Origin: Nitrososphaerota archaeon
GTDB lineage: Archaea; Thermoproteota; Nitrososphaeria_A; Caldarchaeales; Caldarchaeaceae
DNA: 64,000 bases
Assembly (NCBI GenBank): GCA_041641305.1
Contig: JBEPYN010000001.1
Location: 736,001-800,000 of the forward strand
Reading direction: 5' to 3'
How positions within the stretch are numbered: the stretch's first letter is position 1; every line of letters begins with the position of its first letter. Below, one piece after another: positions 49,411 to 58,407 of this stretch. The notes beneath the pieces were generated by a model that was given only the letters and a program-made list of their open reading frames with translations, ran no database searches and had not been told where the DNA came from. The position numbers and the translations under genes are program-made.

Positions 49411-50281
49411 CTTGGCGTCTTATCTCGCCGAAAGTGGTTCGCAGATGCGACTCCATGTTGTGGCGATGGATGCTCTCGAGGGATTTTACCCTGATGTATA
49501 CGTGGTGGTTGTCGGGTAGAGTTGGAAACTGTTTGGCAACGAGGTATGCCGCTGTTCTCGCCACGTCTTCGACAAACCTCGGCCTCTGGATTGCGGATAC
49601 AACGACCTCAGCCTCGTCCAGACGCTTGAGCAGTTCGACGGTTCGGCTGCTGAAAGACTCTTTCAAAATGTTTAGCAGCTGATTTAGGGTGATTTTTCCA
49701 TCGGTTTCCACGACGACTTCGGCGTAGGCCCTCTGCATGTGGGTTGGTATCGGGCCTCCACGGCCGTCTCCGTTGAGATAAACCTCGCGTATCACCTCCT
49801 TGGCGCATGGACAGGCAGTTATACCCGCGCCCCTCACTCCGACAAAGTTACGCAAAGTATAGCCGCCGTTAACCCTGTGCGCATAGGACTTGAACACCGC
49901 CTCAAAATGCTCCAGCGACTCGGATTTTGTCACCGGGCTCTTCTCCACCTCAAAAAGACTCAGCCTGAGAACGGCTCGTGCACGCGTTGAGTAGACATGT
50001 TTTTCGAGAAGCGTTTTAACTATCTGTGAAGTTATCCCGTAAACATTTTTGTTCTGCAGCCCCGATATAGCCTGTTTCACCGCTTCATATGTTCTGGACG
50101 CGTGTATGCCCCTCTGTGTATGGGGGAGGTTGACAGCGGCCTCCACGACAGGTGTCGACGCTAGTCGAAAACCCTCAAGAGCCTCCTCATCCAACGGAAA
50201 AAGAACATCCGAAACAGCCACCCAATCAATCTCGATAGGGGTTGTCGCCGGCTCTGATTGAACATCACGGCTCAGTGTCAA
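49388..50281 (-). CDS. mptA: GTP cyclohydrolase MptA/FolE2 family
   Basis: RGIHASR, TACPC, THMQR, LLKRLDE, PRFVED, ESIH. Confidence 0.9.
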   Translation of the reverse strand: MTLSRDVQSEPATTPIEIDWVAVSDVLFPLDEEALEGFRLASTPVVEAAVNLPHTQRGIHASRTYEAVKQAISGLQNKNVYGITSQIVKTLLEKHVYSTRARAVLRLSLFEVEKSPVTKSESLEHFEAVFKSYAHRVNGGYTLRNFVGVRGAGITACPCAKEVIREVYLNGDGRGGPIPTHMQRAYAEVVVETDGKITLNQLLNILKESFSSRTVELLKRLDEAEVVVSAIQRPRFVEDVARTAAYLVAKQFPTLPDNHHVYIRVKSLESIHRHNMESHLRTTFGEIRRQVENNGMA

Positions 50282-50377
50282 TTCAAACCGCTCTCCTTTT
50301 TTGAGGTATTTAAAGGCGGCGTAAAAACAAATGATCCTAACAACGTTTTATATTTGGTTGGTCGATGGGTTGTTGGG

Positions 50378-52132
50378 ATGCTTTTCCGAGAGTTAGTGGA
50401 CTTCTATGAGCGGCTTGAGGCTACGACGAAGAGACTTGAGATGACGGATATTTTGGCTGAGCTTTTGTCCAAGACGCCGCCGGAGAGCATAGACAAGGTT
50501 GTTTACATGACTTTGGGTGAGATTTACCCGGCTTATCGTGGGTTGGAGCTGGGTGTGGCGGAGAAGCTTGCTCTGAGGGTTGTTAAGCAGGTTGCGGGGG
50601 TTTCCGAGAAAGAGGTTGAGGAGGCTTACTCGAGGCACGGGGATGTGGGAAACGCGGCGATGGTTCTTCTCAGGAGGAAGCCGCAGATGACGCTTTTCAC
50701 GCAGGAGCTGACGGTTCAGGATGTTTACGCTGCGTTGGAGAAGATTGCGCGTGTTACGGGGTCGGGGGCCATGGAGATGAAGATGACGATTTTAGCTGGT
50801 TTGCTTGCGCAGGCCTCGCCCGTAGAGGCCAAGCACATCCTCCGCATTGTGACTGGAACTATGCGGCTGGGTGTCGCTGACATGACTATTCTCGACGCCT
50901 TGGCCAAGGCGTTTGGCGGCGAGCGCGAGATATACGAGCGAGCCTACAACCTGAGCAGCGACATCGGCCTCGTCGCCTTGACCGCGGCAAAGGAGGGGCC
51001 CGAGGGGGTTAAACGATTCAGCGTAAGGACAGGCATACCGGTCAGATGCATGCTAGCCGAGAGACTCGCCAGCGCCGAGGAGATTCTCGAGAAAATCGGT
51101 GGACGCGGGTTCGCCGAATACAAGTATGACGGGGAGCGGATGCAGATACACAAGTCAGGCGACGTGGTTGAAATCTTTTCAAGGCGTCAGGAGAACATCA
51201 CCAGCCAGTATCCCGACGTGGTCGACATGGTGCGGAAAGGTGTTTTGGCCCGTGAAGCGATACTCGAATGTGAAGCTGTTCCCGTAGACCCCGAGACAGG
51301 TGAGACACTGCCTTTCCAAGAGCTTATGCACCGCAAGAGAAAGAAGGAGATTGAGAAGGCCGCGGAAGAGTATCCGGTCAACCTCTATTTCTTCGACCTC
51401 CTCTACGTCGACGGCGAAGACCTCACCACCAAGCCTCTTCCCATACGCAGGAAAAAGCTTGAGGGAATTATTGTGGAGAGCGAGAGGATGAGGCTTAGCA
51501 CAGGTAAAATGGTTGAGACGCCTGAAGAGATTGAGAAGTTTTTCGCCGAAGCCGTCGAAGCAGGCTGTGAGGGGTTGATGATAAAGTCGGTTGACGAGGA
51601 CAGTGTTTACAGGGCTGGGGCCCGGGGCTGGCAGTGGATTAAGCTGAAACGGGATTACCGAAGCGAGATGATTGACACCGTCGACCTCGTCGTGGTCGGC
51701 GCATTCCATGGACGGGGGAGGAGAAAGGGCCGCTACGGCGCCCTGCTGATGGCTGTCTACAACCCTGAGAAGGATGTGTTCCAGACAGTTTGTAAAGTTG
51801 GCTCAGGGTTCAAGGACGTGGACCTCGAGATGTTGACGGAACGTGTTAACAGGCTTCGGCTCGACGCCAAACATCCACGCGTGGAGGCTTTGATGGAGCC
51901 GGATGTCTGGGTTCAGCCGAGCCTCGTTCTCGAGATAATCGGTGCAGAGGTAACGCTCAGCCCCGTGCACACATGTGCATGGGATGTGGTTAAGCAGGGC
52001 TATGGGCTGGGGATAAGGTTTCCACGCTTCACCGGCAGGGTCCGCGACGACAAGAAGCCCGAGGACGCTACAACAGACAACGAAATCGTGGAGATGTATC
52101 GGAGCCAGCTGAAGAAGGTTGAGGCAGAGTGA
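50378..52132 (+). CDS. lig: ATP-dependent DNA ligase
   Basis: EYKYDGER, EGLMIK, WIKLKRDY, RFPRF; ATG at 50378. Confidence 0.97.
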   Translation: MLFRELVDFYERLEATTKRLEMTDILAELLSKTPPESIDKVVYMTLGEIYPAYRGLELGVAEKLALRVVKQVAGVSEKEVEEAYSRHGDVGNAAMVLLRRKPQMTLFTQELTVQDVYAALEKIARVTGSGAMEMKMTILAGLLAQASPVEAKHILRIVTGTMRLGVADMTILDALAKAFGGEREIYERAYNLSSDIGLVALTAAKEGPEGVKRFSVRTGIPVRCMLAERLASAEEILEKIGGRGFAEYKYDGERMQIHKSGDVVEIFSRRQENITSQYPDVVDMVRKGVLAREAILECEAVPVDPETGETLPFQELMHRKRKKEIEKAAEEYPVNLYFFDLLYVDGEDLTTKPLPIRRKKLEGIIVESERMRLSTGKMVETPEEIEKFFAEAVEAGCEGLMIKSVDEDSVYRAGARGWQWIKLKRDYRSEMIDTVDLVVVGAFHGRGRRKGRYGALLMAVYNPEKDVFQTVCKVGSGFKDVDLEMLTERVNRLRLDAKHPRVEALMEPDVWVQPSLVLEIIGAEVTLSPVHTCAWDVVKQGYGLGIRFPRFTGRVRDDKKPEDATTDNEIVEMYRSQLKKVEAE

Positions 52133-52142
52133 GGTGAGCGAC

Positions 52143-52367
52143 ATGGTTTTGGACGCGGTTACGCTGCTTATCCTCTTCATGGTGTTTGTATTGGCTGCGT
52201 TTATGCTTCTCGCTGCAGCCGCTGCACAGAGTGAGAAGACAAGGGGAGAAGGGTTCGCATTCATCCTCATCGGGCCCCTGCCGATCATTCTGCGTGGAAG
52301 GCCTTGGATAGCTCTGGCCGTGGGAGCCGCGTTGATAGCCCTTCTTCTAATGGTGATGCTGAGGTGA
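52143..52367 (+). CDS. DUF131/TIGR00304-like small membrane protein
   Basis: GFAFILIGPLPII motif between two TM helices; ATG follows GAGGTGA. Confidence 0.7.
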   Translation: MVLDAVTLLILFMVFVLAAFMLLAAAAAQSEKTRGEGFAFILIGPLPIILRGRPWIALAVGAALIALLLMVMLR

Positions 52368-52597
52368 GAGCTTTTCTCATACTGGCTTTTCTTCTGTTCG
52401 CGGCAGCTCTCATCCTCCCCTTTGCCTTGGTCTATGCGGTTGGTGATGCAGCCCAGTTCAGGGGAATCGGGGTCTTCTTCATCGGCCCCATACCCATCTT
52501 TCTCGACGTCACGGACCCACGCGGCATCTTCACACTCCTGCTACCCTTTCTACTCATCTTCATCCTGCTTTTTCTCGCCAAGACGTTGAAGCGTTAG
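52364..52597 (+). CDS. DUF131-like small membrane protein (second copy)
   Basis: GVFFIGPIPIF motif; GTGA overlap with the upstream gene. Confidence 0.7.
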   Translation: MRAFLILAFLLFAAALILPFALVYAVGDAAQFRGIGVFFIGPIPIFLDVTDPRGIFTLLLPFLLIFILLFLAKTLKR

Positions 52598-53385
52598 TTT
52601 TTTGATTGACGTGGTTTGAATGGTGTGCTTTCTCTCCAGAGGTATTCGAAGTAGTTTTTCGCAAACTTTGCTAAGCCTATGTGGTCTGACCATATGGCTA
52701 TCATCGATTCATCGTCTTCGGCGAATACGATTACGACTTCTCTGTTGTCGGAGATTATGCCTCCGCCGAACATCTGCTCTCTAACCCTGACCTCAGCAAC
52801 CTCGGCCAAAAGCTTGAGGAGAGATGGGTTGACGCTGTTTGACGCCATGACCTGCACTTTTCCATCACGGGCTCTGACTGAGAGGATGAGTTTGCGCAGG
52901 TTTTCCGCTGTTTCCTTGTTGAGGGTGGGGGCGGCGACAAGCAGCTCTGCCTCACATCGCAGCACCACTTCACGTATCTTCTCCGCTATGCTTTCGCTTC
53001 CTCGCAGTATCCAGATGTCGGGCTTCTCCCGCACACCACGTTTCTCGTAAACGGGCATAAGCTCGCGGACAACCGCCTCCGAGAGCTGCCTAACGTTTCT
53101 CTCGATGTTTTTGACAAGGTTCTCGACCGCTGTGTCAGGCGGCTTCGGGACATAGCGGGCCGGCCTACCCGCCTGAGCCTCTATGAAGCCCTTCTCCTCC
53201 AGCGAGCCCAGAACCTCGTAGATTTTGGAGTAAGGTATCATCTTGAGGTCGCTTATCTCGCTCGCCGTCATGGGGCCATGTTCAACCAAGGCTACGTAGG
53301 CCCTGATCTCGTAGTCCGTCAATCCAAGCTCTTGGAGAGACCGTCTAACCCTCTCGCTTACGGGGAAAACCTGTTCATCGGACAT
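52594..53385 (-). CDS. TrmB-family transcriptional regulator
   Basis: LGLTDYEIRAYVAL, IPYSKIYEVLGSLEEKG, GRPARY; C-terminal effector domain. Confidence 0.92.
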   Translation of the reverse strand: MSDEQVFPVSERVRRSLQELGLTDYEIRAYVALVEHGPMTASEISDLKMIPYSKIYEVLGSLEEKGFIEAQAGRPARYVPKPPDTAVENLVKNIERNVRQLSEAVVRELMPVYEKRGVREKPDIWILRGSESIAEKIREVVLRCEAELLVAAPTLNKETAENLRKLILSVRARDGKVQVMASNSVNPSLLKLLAEVAEVRVREQMFGGGIISDNREVVIVFAEDDESMIAIWSDHIGLAKFAKNYFEYLWRESTPFKPRQSKN

Positions 53386-53914
53386 ACCGAGCCTCAGCCG
53401 CGAGATATCTTGCAACCGCTTTTGTCAAAGGATAGCCGATGACGAGAATGCTGATAACCGAGCCGCCTAAGACGCCTATCCATGAGAAGACTATGCCTGG
53501 GACGACCACCCCAAGCACAGGTGTTGGCGGCACACCGATCAAAACGTAGAGGTAGGAGCCTACAATGAATGTTACCAGAAGGGTTTGGAAAACCGCGACA
53601 AACATCCAGGAGCCGCGGAAGACAAAGTTGCGGGCCATTTTCCAGCCGAAATAGGTTGCGACAAGGTTTGTTAAAGTGCCTCCGAGAAGGTCCACGGGGC
53701 CGAATGGGCTGAATAGGTTGGCGATGAAAGTGCCCACGGTGACGCCGACCACGGCGGGCATCCCAAACACCATAGCCAACGGAAGAAGAGCATCAGAAAC
53801 TCTCACCTGAATAATCTCGAAGCTAAGCCCCGGCAAAGCTATGACACCCGCGGCATAAAGCCCCGCGAAAACAATAGCCGCCGCCAAATCCCTCGGCTTC
53901 ATACTCCACATCAT
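53375..53914 (-). CDS. QueT-family transporter
   Basis: IQVRVSDAL, GVTVGTFIANLFSPFGPVD. Confidence 0.85.
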   Translation of the reverse strand: MMWSMKPRDLAAAIVFAGLYAAGVIALPGLSFEIIQVRVSDALLPLAMVFGMPAVVGVTVGTFIANLFSPFGPVDLLGGTLTNLVATYFGWKMARNFVFRGSWMFVAVFQTLLVTFIVGSYLYVLIGVPPTPVLGVVVPGIVFSWIGVLGGSVISILVIGYPLTKAVARYLAAEARYVR

Positions 53915-53955
53915 TCGTTACCCTTGGTTAAAATATGTTTATTCCACACAATTTG

Positions 53956-55296
53956 TCATAGTTTGTACCATCTCCCGGAGACTTTGACATCCTTCATATT
54001 GAACACCCGAACCATCCTGCTCAGCCGACCGTTTTCCTCCTTCAGCATAGTCTCCACAACCCCGTCCACACTATCCATTACAAGAGCGGTGACATTCTGC
54101 GGGAACGCCGAATTGTTGTAGGCTACCCAGAAGCTCACACCAGCGGCCTTCGACTTGGCCACGAGAAGGTTAAGCAGCTTCAACCCCGCCTCTACACCAT
54201 GGTTCTCCATCACAGGTGTTATAGAGTCGAGGATAAACCACTTGCGGGCTGTGGCCAACCTGGACAATACACGTGTGAAGGTTATGTTGATTTCATTAGG
54301 CTCCGGTGCGACATAGTGTTGGCCGTTAGCCGCTGGCGCAAGAGATGTCAATAAAATCAACCTCCCCTCCTTCTCGAATCGGTCGACATCGCATCCAAGG
54401 CCAGCAAGCCTGCTCCGCAGCTCATCCAACGTGTCGTGAAGCGAGAGTATCACAACACCATCCCCCGCAGAAAGACACTGAGCGGCAAGCCGCGCCAAAA
54501 GCGTCGACCTCCCACTCCCCGTCGGGCCGACAACCGCCACAACACTCGGAACACTCAACCCAATTTCTCTGTCGATGCCTTCCACACCCGTCAAAACAGT
54601 TTCACCCTCTGGCCTCGTTCTCAGACCAGATATTCGTGTAACACCATAGACGCCGGCAACTGTTCCAACAAGGCTCATCACCATCTCCAGCTCGAAATAG
54701 GTCCAGTAAACCCCTCGGCCAAACAACCCGGACAACACACCACCTACAACATACAGAAACAAGGCGCCAACCCCGGCAAATAAGAGGCCCGCTGCCCAGA
54801 GAGGCACCGCGCTCCACATCCCCCAACCAAGCTCAAAACGTCCAACTACACCATAGACATATGAGCAGAACATCCAGAACATGAAGCCCGCCACCATCAC
54901 ATGATAAGCAAGAAACATGTCAACCACCGCACCCGACCTGAAAAACACCATAGAAGCAACAAGAGGAACAGCAAAGAGTATCGACACACTGACCCATGTC
55001 AGGCGAAAGTAAACCTTGCCAACAAGGGATAAAACATGGAGAACAAAAGCAAGGGTTACACCCATGATGGCAGAGCCTAAGAGGCTCGAAACATAGAGGA
55101 ACACTTCAAAACCAGCGCCCAAAAAATACGTCATCGCGGTAAAAAGATACAGCACAAACCCGAAATAAACAAACCAAGTTAAGTAAACCAGCAAGCCTCT
55201 AACATTAAACAACCTGCGAATAACTCCAACAACAACCAACATGCCAGCCAACACGATGAGTCGCGAAGCAAAAGGAAAAAGAACGTCCATAACCAC
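53956..55296 (-). CDS. Multi-TM membrane protein fused to a KaiC/RecA-like ATPase domain
   Basis: About 7 TM helices, then TGVEGID, GPTGSGRST, FILDS, DGVVE, RMVRVFNMK. Confidence 0.8.
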   Translation of the reverse strand: MVMDVLFPFASRLIVLAGMLVVVGVIRRLFNVRGLLVYLTWFVYFGFVLYLFTAMTYFLGAGFEVFLYVSSLLGSAIMGVTLAFVLHVLSLVGKVYFRLTWVSVSILFAVPLVASMVFFRSGAVVDMFLAYHVMVAGFMFWMFCSYVYGVVGRFELGWGMWSAVPLWAAGLLFAGVGALFLYVVGGVLSGLFGRGVYWTYFELEMVMSLVGTVAGVYGVTRISGLRTRPEGETVLTGVEGIDREIGLSVPSVVAVVGPTGSGRSTLLARLAAQCLSAGDGVVILSLHDTLDELRSRLAGLGCDVDRFEKEGRLILLTSLAPAANGQHYVAPEPNEINITFTRVLSRLATARKWFILDSITPVMENHGVEAGLKLLNLLVAKSKAAGVSFWVAYNNSAFPQNVTALVMDSVDGVVETMLKEENGRLSRMVRVFNMKDVKVSGRWYKL

Positions 55297-55397
55297 TACT
55301 CCATTGACCTATCATATATGTCTTGAAAAAGTGTATTACGTCTAAACAGCCGTAAAACAATTCAGCAACACAAAACACCGCTAAACATCTAAACACC

Positions 55398-55802
55398 GTG
55401 CATAGAGCCGAGGCCGAAAAACTGCTCAGCAGGTCCAGAAAATTCGCCGACGCTGCAGACTTCCACTTCTCGAGAGGCGTCTACGACCTCGCCGTCTTCA
55501 AAATTGAACAAGACCTACAACTTTCTCTAAAAGCCATGCTCCTAAAAAATAGAGTAGACTTCCCATAAACCCATAGCGTAAGAAAACTATTCATCATCTT
55601 GGGCGAGTGTATGGGCAAAGAACAACGATTCACAGAGTTCGCTGAAAAACGTGCGCTCGAGTTCGCAAACCTCGAGGACGCCTACATATCTTCGTAATCC
55701 TTTCCACGAGAGTTCACCAGAGGAGAGGCTGAGAGCCTCGGCAACTTTTTCTCTGAGGTGAGGAAGTTTGTGCTGCAGCATATTGGTGAGGGAGGCGCGT
55801 AG
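55398..55802 (+). pseudogene. HEPN-domain toxin pseudogene
   Basis: MHRAEAEKLLSRSRKFADAA...YDLAVFKIEQDLQLSLKA...FP*THSVRKL...LEDAYISS*SFP; in-frame TAA at 55566 and 55695. Confidence 0.8.
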
Positions 55803-56030
55803 ACGTCGGGAGATATTCCAAAACCTATCACACTATCTCCAGAAGAGGCCGTGAAACAGCTGGATAACGATGCTAAGCTGTCTCTTTTCGGCTCAGCGGC
55901 CCGCGGAGACCACGTAATCGCAAGGGCGTCGACATCCTCATCATCACAAGGCTCCGCCCAGCACAGGTAATAGCGCATCAAGGAAACTGGGGTTTGACGA
56001 GCCCTTCGATTTTCATGTCGCAATAAGCGG
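55783..56030 (+). pseudogene. Minimal nucleotidyltransferase (MNT) pseudogene
   Basis: Fragments in shifting frames: LSLFGSAARGDH, VDILIIT, GFDEPFDFHV; end approximate. Confidence 0.7.
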
Positions 56031-56158
56031 AAATGTACCTGCAAACAGCGGACAAGAAGGTGGAGCTTTAACCCGAATAGCCTCCTCCTCTTTCTACCCT
56101 TTCACCCGAAGTATCGTGAGGAAACGGTTAAAAGCTCAGCCGAAGCCGAGACGCCGGT

Positions 56159-57853
56159 ATGGCGGTAATCCTCGAAACAACCAACCTCGAAACCAAACGC
56201 AAACTCGTAACAAAGACAAGAAGTATCTGCCCCGAATGCAACAGAATACTCGAAGCAGACGTCGTCGAGGAGGAGGGTAAGATAAAGATCTACAAGACAT
56301 GTCCCAAACACGGCGAGTTCGACGACCTCTACTTCGGCGACGCCGAGATGTACTACCGCTTCGCAAGATGGCTCCACGACGGAAAAGGCACAGGAAACCC
56401 CAACGTCGAGATGCCACGCTGCGCATGCCCAGCCAACTGCGGCCTCTGCAGCAGCCACCTAAGCCACACAGGCCTCTCCAACCTCGTCATCACAAACAGA
56501 TGTGACCTACACTGCTGGTACTGCTTCTTCTACGCCGAAAAAGCAGGATACATCTACGAGCCAACCCTCGACCAGATACGTGAAATGGTCAAGCAGCTCA
56601 AAGCAGAGCGGCCCGTGCCCGGCAACTCTGTCCAGATAACTGGCGGAGAACCATGCCTCAGAGACGACCTGCCCGAAATAATCAAAATTCTGAAGGAAGA
56701 GGGAGTGGACCACATCCAGCTCAACACAAACGGCATCCGCCTCGCCCATGACTTCGAGTTCTTCAAACGAGTAAAGGAAGCGGGCGTAAGCAACCTCTAC
56801 ATGAGCTTCGACGGCGTCACACCACGGACAAACCCGAAAAACCACTGGGAAGTGCCCAAGACGCTCGAAAACGCCCGCAAACTCGGAGTAGGAGTTGTCC
56901 TCGTCCCAACAGTGATCAAATCGGTCAACGACCACGAGCTCGGCGACATCATCCGCTTCGGGTTCCAAAACATCGAGGTCGTGAGAGCTGTCAACTTCCA
57001 GCCCGTAAGCCTCACGGGCAGAATGCCCAAGAAAGAGCGTGAAAAATACCGCATCACAATACCGGACTGCATCCACAGAATAGAGGAGCAGACAAACGGC
57101 GAAATCCCCCGCGAAGCATGGTTCCCCGTACCAGCCTGCACACCCCTAACAAACTTTATCGAAGCACTCACACGCAAAGCACAGTACGAGCTAAGCATAC
57201 ACTTCGCATGCGGCGCAGGAACCTACGTCTTCAAAGACCACGACAAACTCGTCCCCATAACAGAATTCGTCGACGTCGAAGGCCTCATCAAATACCTACA
57301 AGACAAAACAGAAGAAATCGAAGCAGGCAAAAACCGCTTCTACATAGCCCTCAAAGTCCTCGCCAACATCAGCAAATACATCAACACCAAAAAACAACCA
57401 ACAGGCCTCAACCTCAAACAAATGCTATACAACATCATAGTCAAACACGACTACCACAGCGTAGGCGACTGGCACCGCAGATCACTCTTCCTAGGAATGA
57501 TGCATTTTATGGACCCCTACAACCATGACGAGGAACGATTACGCCGCTGCGACATCCACTACCTAACCCCCGACATGCGAATAATCCCGTTCTGCGCCTT
57601 CAACGTAATACCACACTGGTACAGGGACAGGATTCAGGCGATGTACGGGATTCCTATCGCTGAGTGGGAGAGGAGGACGGGCCGTAAGCTCAAGGACGAC
57701 TTCTACAAGCGCCAGCTACCATCAAAGCAGCAGACGATTCCATTGGCATCCACTAAAACAGCAGGCTTCGGTGGACTCAAAGAGGTACCTGTCATCCAAG
57801 GAGGTTCAGGCAAAGAAGAAAACTGCGGCTCCAGCTGCGGCTGCAGCCACTGA
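56159..57853 (+). CDS. tes: Tetraether lipid synthase (Tes/GDGT-MAS), radical SAM
   Basis: N-terminal SICPEC...KTCPKHG rubredoxin-like region, CPANCGLCSSH, CDLHCWYC SAM motif, TGGEP, C-terminal RCDIHY...RIIPFCAFN. Confidence 0.88.
   Translation: MAVILETTNLETKRKLVTKTRSICPECNRILEADVVEEEGKIKIYKTCPKHGEFDDLYFGDAEMYYRFARWLHDGKGTGNPNVEMPRCACPANCGLCSSHLSHTGLSNLVITNRCDLHCWYCFFYAEKAGYIYEPTLDQIREMVKQLKAERPVPGNSVQITGGEPCLRDDLPEIIKILKEEGVDHIQLNTNGIRLAHDFEFFKRVKEAGVSNLYMSFDGVTPRTNPKNHWEVPKTLENARKLGVGVVLVPTVIKSVNDHELGDIIRFGFQNIEVVRAVNFQPVSLTGRMPKKEREKYRITIPDCIHRIEEQTNGEIPREAWFPVPACTPLTNFIEALTRKAQYELSIHFACGAGTYVFKDHDKLVPITEFVDVEGLIKYLQDKTEEIEAGKNRFYIALKVLANISKYINTKKQPTGLNLKQMLYNIIVKHDYHSVGDWHRRSLFLGMMHFMDPYNHDEERLRRCDIHYLTPDMRIIPFCAFNVIPHWYRDRIQAMYGIPIAEWERRTGRKLKDDFYKRQLPSKQQTIPLASTKTAGFGGLKEVPVIQGGSGKEENCGSSCGCSH
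57588..57853 (+). repeat. Direct repeat copy 1 (3' end of intact tes); 35-bp identical core at 57680-57714
   Basis: Aligns codon-for-codon with 59706-59972; core GGCCGTAAGCTCAAGGACGACTTCTACAAGCGCCA. Confidence 0.95.
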
Positions 57854-58377
57854 ACACCCGTTTCTTAAATCCGATGATATCTGGAAGGAGACAATCCTAA
57901 CTTTTTTCTTTCTTCTGTATGAAGATTTTGACTTGTGTGTCTGTTAACGTCATACTTTTTACTGCGTAATAGTTTCTGCCACTTCCCAATGCTATCCTAG
58001 TTTTTCCATAGTTATGATATACTCGTAGTGTTTATGTCATCTAACTTGAACTGGACATAAGGTAACCAAGTATACCTACCCTCCGTAAACTTCACACTTC
58101 TTGGATCAAACCTCACGACAGGGCTGCGGTCTTCAAATAGCCGAAAGACCAGCCCCTACTTGATGATGAGCTTCAAAAAACTTTCTCCAATGCAGGCTTC
58201 TCTACAACCAGCAGTGTTTTTGTCATGCCGCCATCAACCACTAAAGCATGGGAATTATTTGGCCGCAGTCGACCTCTTCATATAATTGCTAAATGTGTAA
58301 TGTTCCGATGCTAGCCGATTAGTACAGCATCTTCAGATGAAGAGTTATAAATCTCTTTAACGTACAAATAGAACATG

Positions 58378-58393
58378 TTTATATATAATTATA
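58378..58393 (+). promoter_or_regulatory. TATA-box-like element upstream of the cargo gene
   Basis: TTTATATATAATTATA begins about 30 nt before ATG 58408. Confidence 0.5.
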
Positions 58394-58407
58394 CATCCCC
58401 ATAGTTT

